Assembly: GCA_964458565.1 (NCBI GenBank)
Contig: CAYWJO010000006.1
Location: 1 to 64,000 of the forward strand
Origin: an uncultured archaeon
GTDB taxonomy: Archaea; Asgardarchaeota; Thorarchaeia; Thorarchaeales; Thorarchaeaceae
Reading direction: 5' to 3'
Length of the DNA: 64,000 bases
Shown here: in pieces, positions 1 through 11,500 of the stretch
Position numbering within the stretch: the first letter of the stretch is position 1
Layout of the letters: the number at the start of each line of letters is the position of its first letter
Notes under the pieces: generated by a model
The model's database searches: none
Seen by the model: only the letters and a program-made list of their open reading frames with translations
Told to the model about the DNA's origin: nothing
Program-made: the position numbers and the translations under genes

Positions 1-531
1 ATGAATGGTATCGCAGACGGCTATGAGTACGATTTTGACGAAGACGGTCTTTCTGATGGCGAGGAATTCTACATCGAGAAGACATGGATGATGCCCCTGC
101 CCATAGCCAACGACTCCAGCGGACTCTGGCACTGGACCGCAGCCCCCGGAGGCTTCGATAACCCCGACTCGGACGGAGACGGCATAGATGATGGCATAGA
201 GGTTCATGTCTATGGCTCAGATCCGACCTCCACAGATAGTGATGGGGATGGTGTCAGCGATTGGGACGAGATACAGATGGGCGGAAATCCGATAATACCA
301 ATTACTAAGGGTATACCTACTTGGGTATTTGGTGTCATAGTTGGTGGTATCTGCTTCATCGGAGGTCTGATTGCTCCACCCATGTTACGGTTCACCTTTG
401 ACAAGCTTGGAGGACTGAAGGGAAGACTGAGAGGCAAGTCTGAGGACAAGGTGGTTGAGAAGAGCACAAAGAAGACCACGAGGAAGAAGCGGGCAAAGAA
501 GGAGCCCAAGGAGGAGGGTGATACCGAATGA
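1..531 (+). CDS. C-terminal part of a membrane-anchored surface protein with TSP3-like/DxDxDG Ca-binding repeats (5'-truncated by window)
   Basis: Repeats DFDEDGLSDGEE, DSDGDGIDDGIE and DSDGDGVSDWDE; TM segment WVFGVIVGGICFIGGLIAP; Lys-rich tail; stop overlaps next start (ATGA). Confidence 0.8.
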   Translation: MNGIADGYEYDFDEDGLSDGEEFYIEKTWMMPLPIANDSSGLWHWTAAPGGFDNPDSDGDGIDDGIEVHVYGSDPTSTDSDGDGVSDWDEIQMGGNPIIPITKGIPTWVFGVIVGGICFIGGLIAPPMLRFTFDKLGGLKGRLRGKSEDKVVEKSTKKTTRKKRAKKEPKEEGDTE

Positions 532-3500
532 AGCACCTTAAGATTAGACTACTAGCACTGACGTTTGCAGCCCTGATGCTGGTCTCACTCATGCCAGTAG
601 GGATGCTACCAGTGCGTGATGGTTCCAACCCTTTTGATGGTGGAAACGATGATATCGCGGACGCTATTGTCCAGATGGACGACTTCAACCTCACGAACGC
701 ATATGACAAGATATGGGAGCCCAACAACATCAGGGGCTCGACCCATGCCATAGCGGTCTCGGATGACAAGGAGTGGATGGCCACAGCAGGAGGCTACCTC
801 AATGACAGAGAGGTGCACATCTACCGCTGGGCGTCTAACATCTATCAGTACTGGCCGGTCTGCGATGCGGGCGACGGTATCATCATGGGAGATGTCATGG
901 ATGTGGACTTCATGGACAGTGACAATAACGGAAGGTTAGAGATTGTAGCAGGCTCGACCGATGGTCGTGTTTACGTCTTCGAGCAGCTGGGTCTCTCCAC
1001 AGACCCCTTCAACTTCTCATCCCCTGCACACCAGTGGGAGCTTGTGTGGGACAGCGGATTGTATATTGATGCTCAGATATGGTCTGTCATGGCCTACGAT
1101 ATCGACCATGACACCCATGACGAGATCATCGTGGGAGCTTGGGACAACAAGGTCTACCTCTTCGACTACATTGACAGCTCAGCATATCCCTACTGTCCCA
1201 ACGAGCACTGGATTGACTTCGATCCAGTATGGGACTCAGGGGACACCATCACAGGCCTCGTCAACTCGGTAGCTGTGGTGGACAGTGATTACGACACCCG
1301 ACTGGAGATTGTGGCAGGAAGCGAGGACAACAAGGTCTATCTCTTTGAGCAGATACCATGCCAGAAGAACTGCTATGTCCTGCGTTGGACCAGTGGAGAT
1401 GCTATCTGGAAGCCAGTACTGTCTGTCACTGCAAGCCAGAACCTAGATGACGATCCATATGGAGAGATTGTGGCGTCAGCCTACGGTCAGGGAGTCTATG
1501 TCTTTCAATACAATCCTGTCACTGAGGACTTTGACGTGAATAAGATCAGTCAGGGCATCAAGAGCTGGGAGCGAGGCATCTCATACCCACCACTCTCAGT
1601 GTATACCGGTTATGAGGCGGACGAGTATATAGACAGGAAGATATTCGGTTGGGAGGGCTATGGAGTCTTTGAGTATGACACTCCACCACCTCCATATGAT
1701 ACGGTCGCACTAGGAGGTGCATCCTGTCTGGGTGGACCCTACGACATGGAGGAGACCACCCTTGACTCTTATGAACAGTTCCATGACCAGGGACTGTGGA
1801 CGTTTGATTTTGGTTCAGAATTTGGTCAGTTTCAAGTGATGTATGACATTGCTGAGGCTCCTGATGGCACGTTCTACATCACAGACTTCTGGAACCACAG
1901 AATCACTCAGGTCACCTCATATATGGAGCCAATCATGTCGTTTGGTGCATTTGGTTCTGGACCCGGTCAGCTTGACAATCCATCAGGTGTCACTGTGGAT
2001 GAGAATGGCTCTATCTATGTTGCAGAAATCAGTAACAGCAGAGTCTCGAAGTTCACCTCAGAGGGTGTGTTCAATGGATCCTGGGGTGAGCATGGTACCG
2101 GTGATGGGGAGTTCTTTGGTGCCTATGATGTGGCTATCTGGGAGGACCGAGTATACGTCTCAGACTTCATGAATCACAGGATTCACGTCAGGAATATCAC
2201 AGATGGAGAGGTACTATTCTACATTGGAGGCCCTGGAGTAACCCCTGGACTGTTCGACCAGCCTGCAGGACTTGCATTCGATGACAAGGGTATGCTCTAT
2301 GTTGTCGACCAATTGAACAACAGAATTCAGAAGTTTGATGCAGATGGTAACTATGTCCTACAGTTTGGCTTGCCAGGCGTTATCCCAGGTTCGTTCGATA
2401 TACCTGCCTTCGTAGTGGTCGATGATGACAATCGTGTCTATGTTTCGGATATGAACAATAGTCGTGTACAGAAGTTCAGCCCCTCAGGTGAGTTTGAGTC
2501 ACTGTTTGGCAGCCTAGGAAGTGATCCAGGACAGTTTGATGCACCAGCAGGAATGGCGTTCCACCCAGAGGGCGGAATACTTGTTCTAGATCCAACCTAC
2601 AACCGTATCCAACGATTTGGCGTACAGGAGTACGAACTCCTTGAGGTCTTCAATGCACACACAGACCAGTCTGGAGCGTATGACATTGCATTTGACTCGG
2701 AGGGTAACTTCTATGTGACAGACCATCTCACTCCCAATGTCTTCAAGTTCTCATCCACTGGTCAATGGCTATTGAACTGGACACTACCCGGTACGGGTTT
2801 TCGAGCTGCATGGGGTGTTGAGATAGATGAGGACGACAACGTGTTCGTGTATGACGCTGGAAACAGCAGGATACACCGCTATGATACTGAGGGTAACCTT
2901 GTCCTCAGCTTTGGGTCCATTGGTCCGGATCCTGGACAGCTGAGAGGCATGCGTGACATGGCTGTTGGGCACTATCAGATCTATGTGACAGAATATGTGA
3001 ATAACCGGGTCTCTGTCTTCGACTACGATGGAAACCACAGATACTCATTTGGTTCCACAGGGACTGGACTGGGAGAGTTCTCCGGGCCCTTCGGTATCGA
3101 GATAGGTCCAGATGACCTACTCTATGTGTCCGAGGACATAAACCAGAGAGTCCAGAGGTTCCGCATAAATGGAGATGTGGTTGATGAATGGGCTACTACA
3201 GCCTCTGATATGTACATGGCATTCGACGATCAAGGATTCCTGTACATGTCAGGACTAGGATTTGACTCTATCAAGAAGTATTCACAGGATGGAGTCTTGT
3301 TAGATGTACTGGACTATGCAGTAGGCAATCCAGAACTGGAGTACCAAGGACTAATAGATAGCTATGGTATCATATGGAGATCCGAGAACCAGAGCCTATT
3401 CGTGTGTGATGGTACTACCGGTAAGATCTTCATGATGCGTCCTTATATTGACCTCAGAAACTTGGCAACCGCTGTTGTCGACTTTGGTCAGTGGGAAGAG

Positions 3501-6404
3501 ATTGGGGGCGATGCCACCGACAACTATGACCTCAGGATGATCTTTGATGAGGACATCGACATTGAGAATGTTGAACTCTATATCTCAGCTGATCTAGACA
3601 CTTGGCAACCTCTGAACCTATCAGACCAGTACATGAGCTACGCCTATAGTCTGCACATCACTCTAGGTTGGGTTGGCATCCTTTGGATGGATGTTGACCA
3701 CGCTCTACGAGAGGCTCACTGGGATGAGTTCAGATACCTGAAGATTGGGGTCAAGGGTGGTGAAATCTATCATGTTGATGGAGCAGACGGCAGAGTCGCC
3801 CGTCCGATAAACACTGCACTTGTTGTGTCAACGGGATTCATCCGCATTGGAGATTCCAGTGATACACAGGAGAAGATCATCATCGGGACCATTGATGGAG
3901 AGATCATGGCATATACGGGTGATGGTGAGATGGTGTGGGAGAGCCAGGCAGACCAACCCAAGTTCTCCCTCGGGACCTCCATCTGGGACATTGTTCAGGT
4001 CAATGGTAAGGCCCTGGTTCCAACATGGTTCTTGGATGGCTATCTCATAGACGACGCTATCATGACTACATACATTCCCGGGTTCGTAGACTTCCTCTCC
4101 TACACACTGATCAATATCGATGGAACCACTGCCCTTGATCTTGTGGCCACTACAGCAGAAGGAATAAACTCGAGACTTGTCTATTTCAGAAACACTGGGA
4201 CAGACGACTTTCCAATATTTACCTATGTGGCTAACTACTTCCCAGATCATAGTACACTTTCAACAGACTTACTCAGCACGTATTCCACTGTGACAGTGGG
4301 AGACTTGGATGGCGATCTAACAGGAGATCTGGACCTAATAATAACTGAAGCAGAGGAGCAAATTGATTCCACATGGACCTATGATATACGCTACTTTGAA
4401 CAGACTGCAGCTCTAACATGGACTGAACAGAGTGGTTATCTCTCAGACCTTGAGCCCACAGTCTTCTTTGGTGATTTCTTATCGCGATTGTCACTCATCG
4501 ACATGGACTTTGATGGGGACCTAGATATCACACTTTCGCAGAACAAACTCTACTTCTTCGAGCATAAGTCATACATATCAGGCTCTGGATTCTGGTTCGA
4601 GCTTGACGAGTCGGTATATGCGGACATTAACTTCGACAAGAAGAACGAGACCGTGTTTGGTAAGGTGACCTATTGGGACTTTGACCTAGACGGGGATATT
4701 GACGTCATAGTACCTCACTCAAGTGAGAATATTACTGGAAAAGGCTACAATTGTAATCTGGGCCGTTTCACATACTGGAGAAACACTGGTGACCGATTCA
4801 ACATTGAATGGACAAAGACTAGATCCATGTTCGAGCCAGACTTCACTGGCACCTTGTTGGATCCTGAGCATGGATATGACTATCCTGAGTTCAGGGACAT
4901 GAATGGTGATGGTATCCTTGACCTTGTCTGTATGAGGGATGACTCAATAGACCTCTTCCTAGGTGATATGGACCATGACTCGTTCCTCTGTGCAACGTAT
5001 CCCTATATCCACATGGTTGAGGTTGACAAACGTCTCCAAGATGATGGCTATTGGGGTTATGAGGCATATGACTCCTGGACAAACTACCGTATCTTTGAGT
5101 TTTGGTCAATGTCCTTGGAGTATGGTGACGTGGACCAGGATGAGAAACCGGAGGTGTTCGTAGGCTCGTTCGACAATAACCTGATTGTCTTTGAACAGGT
5201 TACAAAGAACACCTATCGACGGTCATTCAGGTCGCAGGACTTCTTCCTGAACGAGGTCGCGGGAGCTGCAACACCATTTCAGATAAACATCTTCGATATG
5301 GTCATTGGCGACCAGGACCAGGATGGCAAACAGGAGATCATACTCGCAAGTGGACTCAACATCTACGTCTTTGAGGTTGTAGGTAACGATATGTATGATC
5401 TAGTCTGGGTCTCGGATCCCCTGGCCTTCTGGGTGGAGGGTCAGAGTGCGGATGAGGACCCAACTCCGAAGATTCCATTCGTAGTCACTGTGGATGATGA
5501 CCTTGATTCAGATAATAGGTCAGAAATCATAGTTGGTGCCCAGGACTTCCTAGTCATCTTTGAGAACGTTGGTGACAACAACTACAACATGGTTGCAAAC
5601 TATGAGTTTGAGGTGCTTGAGCTGGGCAATCCATTCATCCGCGACATCAAGACCGGTGACGTCAATGAGGACAGAGTTCAAGACATTGTCATAGTTGGAA
5701 CAGAGGACATGATCAGCGGAGGCGACTTCTTCTCAATGGGATGGGTTCGATACTACACAAATGTGGTAGGAGAACTAGGTCCAGATGACAACAACTACAC
5801 CGAGCTCTACAGAGACCAAGATCTGGAGTCTGCATACTGTGTCGATATAGCAAATCAGGATGCAGATGTGTGGTTAGACATCTTCATCGGTGCAGCTGAT
5901 GGTGTTAATATCTACGAGTTCGATGATGGCGGAACACCCAAGTTTGAGAAGCTCCTACCCACTACTGAACCAGTGTATGCTGTAGTAGCTGGTAACACAG
6001 ATGGGGACAGTTGGTATGAGGTTGTTGCTGGAGTTGGAAAGAACATCACTGTGTTTGAGCAGAACTATACTGAAGAGGATAGAGGCCTCCATATGTACGA
6101 CCCTGTTTGGACTAGTGGAGAACTCCATGAGAGAATCTCAGATATTAAGCTGGGTGACTCCAACGTCAACGGTAGAACAGAGATCATTGCAACCGCATTG
6201 AAGGGCTACCTGTATGCCTATGAGTGGATTGCGAACTCCTCAGCCGTTCCAATAGGCCCGTTCTTCTACACAGCATCAACAGGTTCTGACACGGCCATGG
6301 AGTCAGAGCCTTCACATAACGATATCATGGTATTCGTGAATGACATTCACAGTGAGCTCGAACGGTTTCTGCAAGATAGAATGAGGAGGTTTAGCATCTG
6401 TTAA
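528..6404 (+). CDS. Large secreted protein with FG-GAP/VCBS-like repeats and two six-bladed NHL beta-propellers
   Basis: Signal peptide; many DxDxDGxxEIxxG motifs at both ends; 12 NHL-like repeats (GxGxGQFxxPxGxAxDxxGxxYVxDxxNxRIQKF) at about 1800-3440; no C-terminal TM. Confidence 0.85.
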   Translation: MKHLKIRLLALTFAALMLVSLMPVGMLPVRDGSNPFDGGNDDIADAIVQMDDFNLTNAYDKIWEPNNIRGSTHAIAVSDDKEWMATAGGYLNDREVHIYRWASNIYQYWPVCDAGDGIIMGDVMDVDFMDSDNNGRLEIVAGSTDGRVYVFEQLGLSTDPFNFSSPAHQWELVWDSGLYIDAQIWSVMAYDIDHDTHDEIIVGAWDNKVYLFDYIDSSAYPYCPNEHWIDFDPVWDSGDTITGLVNSVAVVDSDYDTRLEIVAGSEDNKVYLFEQIPCQKNCYVLRWTSGDAIWKPVLSVTASQNLDDDPYGEIVASAYGQGVYVFQYNPVTEDFDVNKISQGIKSWERGISYPPLSVYTGYEADEYIDRKIFGWEGYGVFEYDTPPPPYDTVALGGASCLGGPYDMEETTLDSYEQFHDQGLWTFDFGSEFGQFQVMYDIAEAPDGTFYITDFWNHRITQVTSYMEPIMSFGAFGSGPGQLDNPSGVTVDENGSIYVAEISNSRVSKFTSEGVFNGSWGEHGTGDGEFFGAYDVAIWEDRVYVSDFMNHRIHVRNITDGEVLFYIGGPGVTPGLFDQPAGLAFDDKGMLYVVDQLNNRIQKFDADGNYVLQFGLPGVIPGSFDIPAFVVVDDDNRVYVSDMNNSRVQKFSPSGEFESLFGSLGSDPGQFDAPAGMAFHPEGGILVLDPTYNRIQRFGVQEYELLEVFNAHTDQSGAYDIAFDSEGNFYVTDHLTPNVFKFSSTGQWLLNWTLPGTGFRAAWGVEIDEDDNVFVYDAGNSRIHRYDTEGNLVLSFGSIGPDPGQLRGMRDMAVGHYQIYVTEYVNNRVSVFDYDGNHRYSFGSTGTGLGEFSGPFGIEIGPDDLLYVSEDINQRVQRFRINGDVVDEWATTASDMYMAFDDQGFLYMSGLGFDSIKKYSQDGVLLDVLDYAVGNPELEYQGLIDSYGIIWRSENQSLFVCDGTTGKIFMMRPYIDLRNLATAVVDFGQWEEIGGDATDNYDLRMIFDEDIDIENVELYISADLDTWQPLNLSDQYMSYAYSLHITLGWVGILWMDVDHALREAHWDEFRYLKIGVKGGEIYHVDGADGRVARPINTALVVSTGFIRIGDSSDTQEKIIIGTIDGEIMAYTGDGEMVWESQADQPKFSLGTSIWDIVQVNGKALVPTWFLDGYLIDDAIMTTYIPGFVDFLSYTLINIDGTTALDLVATTAEGINSRLVYFRNTGTDDFPIFTYVANYFPDHSTLSTDLLSTYSTVTVGDLDGDLTGDLDLIITEAEEQIDSTWTYDIRYFEQTAALTWTEQSGYLSDLEPTVFFGDFLSRLSLIDMDFDGDLDITLSQNKLYFFEHKSYISGSGFWFELDESVYADINFDKKNETVFGKVTYWDFDLDGDIDVIVPHSSENITGKGYNCNLGRFTYWRNTGDRFNIEWTKTRSMFEPDFTGTLLDPEHGYDYPEFRDMNGDGILDLVCMRDDSIDLFLGDMDHDSFLCATYPYIHMVEVDKRLQDDGYWGYEAYDSWTNYRIFEFWSMSLEYGDVDQDEKPEVFVGSFDNNLIVFEQVTKNTYRRSFRSQDFFLNEVAGAATPFQINIFDMVIGDQDQDGKQEIILASGLNIYVFEVVGNDMYDLVWVSDPLAFWVEGQSADEDPTPKIPFVVTVDDDLDSDNRSEIIVGAQDFLVIFENVGDNNYNMVANYEFEVLELGNPFIRDIKTGDVNEDRVQDIVIVGTEDMISGGDFFSMGWVRYYTNVVGELGPDDNNYTELYRDQDLESAYCVDIANQDADVWLDIFIGAADGVNIYEFDDGGTPKFEKLLPTTEPVYAVVAGNTDGDSWYEVVAGVGKNITVFEQNYTEEDRGLHMYDPVWTSGELHERISDIKLGDSNVNGRTEIIATALKGYLYAYEWIANSSAVPIGPFFYTASTGSDTAMESEPSHNDIMVFVNDIHSELERFLQDRMRRFSIC

Positions 6405-6417
6405 GGAGGAATGAATC

Positions 6418-8220
6418 ATGAAGAAGAATACAAAATATCTGATCTGTCTATTGGTAGTATTTGGAATAACATCGGGGATCATGACTCCTCCAGGGCAACT
6501 TGCCATAGCTACAGTCTTTGACTCAAACGCCTTGAGAGAGCATCTTCTGGACTTCATTGATGCATGGCAACTGACCACAGAGCGTGATCAAGGCGAATAC
6601 ATGAATGAGATATATGCCCAGGCAGATATGGTCAAGAAGTTCTCACCAAGCGCGGTCGGTTTCAACTGGCATCATACCTTCAACTTTACGAATGCTCAGA
6701 AATATTTGGGCCCCATCGTCATGGAGTCAGAGGAGGTAGGGGACAACCTTAGAAACTATATGTTTCAATTGCTCTATGGTGATATTGAGGCGGCATGTGA
6801 GGTCAGTGTGCTTGATATCATGCTCACAAGAGTATTCGATTCTCTGATAGTTAGTTGGTTAGAAACCGAAACCAAAGGTTTCTGTGGAGGATTCGCTCAA
6901 GCGGCGAGGGACTACTACAATGATCCCGCTAAGATCCCTCTAGGTCGTAATTATGCACATCTACTTCCAGACCCTAACCCAGATCCTGACATTGCTGAAC
7001 AAAATGGTGGTGATATGACAGAGGCAGCTCTCAAGGAGTACGTCCTTTGGAAGGGGTCGGCTGCCTTCTTCAATCCAAATCATCTTCTCAATTTTATCAA
7101 GATATTCCTTGGCATACCAGGACCACAAGGAGGGATAACTAACTCTCAAGAGCTTCAGAAGATAACACAAGCTATGCTCCCTGGTTCACCACACTATACT
7201 CCTGTTGTGATTCTACTAGCTGCACCATGTTGGGAGTCTGCCTCAGCAACTGATGCTCACTTTGTAAATGCAATTGACTACGAAGTTCTTGGTGATAACT
7301 CCATCAAGTTGTACATCTATGATAACAGAGAACAATACAATGAAACACGGGATGTGTATGATGACTGGATTCTGTTCGATTCTGAGGGTAACTTTGAAGG
7401 AACCCATATGAATCCCGATGACTCCTACACAAGAATCTCATACTATCCTGAGACAGGCGAATACAATAGCATCCTCAGTGCTCTAATGGACCTACTTCCA
7501 CAAGTTATTGGCATGGGCATATTCAGTCCTGTTGATGTGGAAATCACTGATCCCCTAGGTCGTACTATCTCAATCGATGATGAGGGACAGACGCAATACG
7601 GATTTCCAGCATTAATGGTGGAGGATGATGGGGAGAAGCATATGCTGTTCCCATTCACTCCAGGACTCCCGTATACAATCAACCTGACTGGAACGGATGT
7701 AGGAGATTATAGAATGGAGGCAAATCGAGTTATTGATGGTGAGATAGTGACCGAGAATATCACTGGTAGTACCGAACCCGGTCAGAATGATATCTTCACC
7801 GTTACTTTGGATGAGGCAGGAATCAGTGTTGCAGAAATAGGGGTTTACCTTAAGGCTCCAACAATTCTCTCAGGTTCTGCTGTCGAGTTAGAGTGGTCAG
7901 AGTACCATGGTTCAGACCCATTTGCAGCTTATGAGGTGTACTACTCAAAGCAGCCCAATAAACTGGGCACCCTCTACAAGACAATAGAAGATATTACTAC
8001 TACATCCACAACCGTAGGCGGTCTTACAGGGGATACAACCTATTTCTTCACTGTCAGAGTTTTGACTAGTGGAGAAACCATCTATGACTCGAACAGAGTT
8101 GGAGCAATGCTTCCTGAGGACTACAGTCTCCTGTTATATGCTGCTTTAGGTATCGGGGGTTTCGCCGCTCTCCTTCTGGTGTTAATAGTCTTCAGAAGAA
8201 GGAGGGGACAGACCGAGTAA
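6418..8220 (+). CDS. Membrane-anchored surface protein with putative papain-like (Cys-His-Asp) peptidase domain and FN3 domain
   Basis: Signal peptide; GFCGGFA (C156), AHFVNA (H281), IYIYDN (D302); FN3 motif (VELEWS...YEVYY...GLTGDTTYFFTVRV); C-terminal TM followed by RRRR; AAGGAGG RBS upstream. Confidence 0.65.
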   Translation: MKKNTKYLICLLVVFGITSGIMTPPGQLAIATVFDSNALREHLLDFIDAWQLTTERDQGEYMNEIYAQADMVKKFSPSAVGFNWHHTFNFTNAQKYLGPIVMESEEVGDNLRNYMFQLLYGDIEAACEVSVLDIMLTRVFDSLIVSWLETETKGFCGGFAQAARDYYNDPAKIPLGRNYAHLLPDPNPDPDIAEQNGGDMTEAALKEYVLWKGSAAFFNPNHLLNFIKIFLGIPGPQGGITNSQELQKITQAMLPGSPHYTPVVILLAAPCWESASATDAHFVNAIDYEVLGDNSIKLYIYDNREQYNETRDVYDDWILFDSEGNFEGTHMNPDDSYTRISYYPETGEYNSILSALMDLLPQVIGMGIFSPVDVEITDPLGRTISIDDEGQTQYGFPALMVEDDGEKHMLFPFTPGLPYTINLTGTDVGDYRMEANRVIDGEIVTENITGSTEPGQNDIFTVTLDEAGISVAEIGVYLKAPTILSGSAVELEWSEYHGSDPFAAYEVYYSKQPNKLGTLYKTIEDITTTSTTVGGLTGDTTYFFTVRVLTSGETIYDSNRVGAMLPEDYSLLLYAALGIGGFAALLLVLIVFRRRRGQTE

Positions 8221-8243
8221 CAACAATCCTGGAGAGACCTCTC

Positions 8244-8444
8244 ATGGATACCCTAGACAGACAAATTCTTGATGAGTTGGCATACCAGTGGAGGGTTTCG
8301 TTTTCAAAACTAGCTGAGAAGTTCGATGTTTCTCTGAATACTATAAAGAACCGTGTAGAAGCACTCGTGGAAGAGGATGTGATTCGTAAATTTGTAGTGC
8401 AATTGAGTCTTGAAGCTCTAAATTTTCGGAATTGTATATTCTAA
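8244..8444 (+). pseudogene. Truncated Lrp/AsnC-family regulator (HTH only)
   Basis: MDTLDRQILDEL...VSFSKLAEKFDVSLNTIKNRVEALVEEDVIRKF is an AsnC HTH; the ORF stops before the ligand-binding domain. Confidence 0.7.
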
Positions 8445-8490
8445 GATTCAGTGATTTTGGGGATTGAGTTCTTTCAAAAGAAAATAGTAG

Positions 8491-8505
8491 GGGGATTGCA
8501 TCCCC
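8491..8505 (-). terminator. Hairpin followed by a T-rich tract, probable terminator of the 8520 gene
   Basis: GGGGAT-TGC-ATCCCC; minus strand continues CTACTATTTTCTTTTG. Confidence 0.55.
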
Positions 8506-8519
8506 AATTTTGTTGTAGA

Positions 8520-11500
8520 TTATTTCTTCTTCTTTGCTTTGGATGTCTTCTTAGCACCCTTCGTTCCTGCTTTCGAGGAACCTGAACTAGCTCCAGCTGC
8601 ACCAGCTCTTCGTCTTATAAGGACAGTTCCGCCAGCGTACACAAGCACGACCGCAGCCGCTCCAACAAAGAACCCATATTGTGACATAACGTTTTGTAAT
8701 CCCTCAACTAATCTTTCAAAACCAACAGGATTTTGAACCATGTATTCCAACTCGATGCTTGCAGTATTGCCTGCATTGTCATTCGCAGTGAATGTTAATG
8801 TGTAGTTACCATTTTCAAACTCAAGTGTATTCCATGAAATGATATCTCCAGTTGTTGTGGTTTCAAGAACACCGTCAACACTGAGCTCAATTGAGCTTAT
8901 TCCGCTTCCGAGGTCCGTAGCAGACACAGCGAAGTACACGGTATCTCTGACAGCATCAAATGTTGGAGGTCCATTTACACCTAGTTCAGGTGCAACTGAA
9001 TCAGTAACCGTAAAGGAAAGAGGCGTACTCTCAGTTCCAATTGCATATGATTGTTCATAATAATCGTACGCAACAATATAGAATTCGAATACTGTATCGA
9101 AAGGATATCCTTGGAATGTCCTATAGTACAAAGCTCCATCGTGTGGCATACCAATTGTGTCCCAGTATGGACCTATACCATGGTAATGAATTGTTACATT
9201 CAGAAGTTCTGATGCATCAGTGACTCCTACAAATATAGTAAAATCTTGGTCATACTGAGGTTCTGTTGGATTAACAACAATATGAGTCAAAACTGGTGGT
9301 TCAACATCATTCTGGACATCAACCGAGATCGAGTCAGTTTCAGTATTACCAGCGAAATCGTGAGCTATTGCTGTGACAACTCTCGTTCCATTCAGAGATG
9401 TGCGTGAATCCCAATAGGTCTGATATGGTGCAGTATCATCGATTCCAACTGAAATACTGTCAACCTGAAAATCAACATAGTCGACGCCTGCTGCAATATC
9501 ATCAGCTATTGCCTCTAATAGCACGAAATCAGACACTTCCTGACCACTGTTTATTCCGGTCAGATTAACCGTCGGATCAATATCATCTCCTACAGTATAG
9601 GAGTAGTAAGAACCTCCATTGTCATTGATTCCGATGGTTCCAGTCCAATCAGTTGCGTACAGATAATACTCTACAAATGTCCCATAGCTCAACATAGGAA
9701 TCTCAGCAGAATAGAGGTCACCAACATTTGAACATTCAACTGCAATCCAATTTCCGCCATCAAGACGATAATAGAGCTCAACTCCCATAACGCCTGAAAG
9801 CGCATCAGTTACTACTGCGTCGATTGCGGTGATTTCATAGTACTTGGGATCACTGGTTTGTGATGGTGTTTCAATGACAGGAGGTACTGCATCAGCAAAT
9901 CCGATGTCGTCAAAGATAATAGAGATGTTTTCCCCTGCACCTGTCTGGGCTTCGCAGACAAATCTATTCAGGTAGAATGTTCCAGCACCAAAAGCCACCT
10001 CAAGGTCAGCTGAGATATTACGATACGTGTTAACCCAGACTCCAGTCGTATTTAATCCGTCAAGATGGATATGTGCGCTGGTGGAAGTATTGGCTGGATT
10101 GTAACTGAAATCCTTTGCCAAGTAGTAGTAAATTGTGTACGAATAGTTGAATTCCAGTCTAAATCTTCCATAGAAGAAGCTTGAGGATCCATCAGAAAAG
10201 TAATCCGTCCTCCACCACCAATCTGTGACCATAGATGGGTCGATAGTTGTTTCGAAATCAGCCCGATATACTCCACCAGCAAGGTTGTTCGCGACAGTAA
10301 TATTACATGCATAGAGACCTGAATGAGCATCAGAAGTTCTCGTAATCGATGGACCCATTGACCAAAGAGGCCATGTGCCCAATGGCGGATTTACTCCATC
10401 CCATAGATCAATCTCGAAACCAGGGTCTCCAGTGGTGAATGTGTTAACTTGGAAGTCATCAATCAGAAGTTCTATTGATGCGTTCGCGTAAGTCCCCAAG
10501 CTAATATAGAACCTGAATTCATAGGCAGTTAGGTTCGTCCAACCTACCTCATCAAGTCCCGCAGAAACATCAAATGTTTCATGTTCCCAAGTATCTCTAG
10601 ACCCAAATGCATCATTGAAGCAGTAGATGTTGGTTGAAGAGTTTGTGTAACCTTTCCAATCCGTATCTTGTCCAAAATAGTTATACCAGTAGAAGTATCC
10701 TGTCTCATTTCTAAATCGTAGACGCATATAGGCTAGAGAATTGCCGCCATTCCAAGTGTCTGAGTACCTCCAATCGTATTCGATTTTCATAGAATTAGGG
10801 AGGAATGGATAGAAGCTCTCCCATGGATAGGACTTACTCTCGTACCAACCCAAATAACCCGTAGAACCTTCCCTGATTGCAGTGCAACTCAAATTCAATG
10901 AATACATACCGTGAGTAGCATCAGTACTAGTACCAACAGTAGCTGGAGAGTAACTTTGCTCTGTCCAACCGCCGCTTGACTCGAAGTCACCATTGATAAC
11001 GAATTCATACCCAGTTCCATTGACCATGCTTACATCATCAATAGCCCATGTCGATGGGTCAGTAACACGAATTTGTACATTTGAATAGAAATAGAGTGCA
11101 TTAATTCTCCTTGTTGTATCTCCAGCCCAGAAATCCGGATAGGCGAGATAGTCCTCAGTGACATTCTGGCTAAAGTGATTCCATTGACCAATAGTTTCAT
11201 TCATGTAGTAATAGACGCCATTTGTGTAATTGTTTGGATTATAGGAACCATGACAAAAAATGTAGTTGATACCCTGCCATTGGTTAGTTGAATTTACCGT
11301 TTCAACATACAAGTATATGTATGAGCCTTGGTCAATTGCACCGGGTTCCTCTATGTAGTAATAAAAATCCAAAATGTGGCCATCTAATATGTACGTAAGG
11401 GTTGAACCAAAACTCTGTTGCAGGGCCATCCAGCTTCCCGAGGATGTCGAGCCCCATCCCTTAATTTGACCTGAGTATGAGCCGGCGTACACTTCACCTT

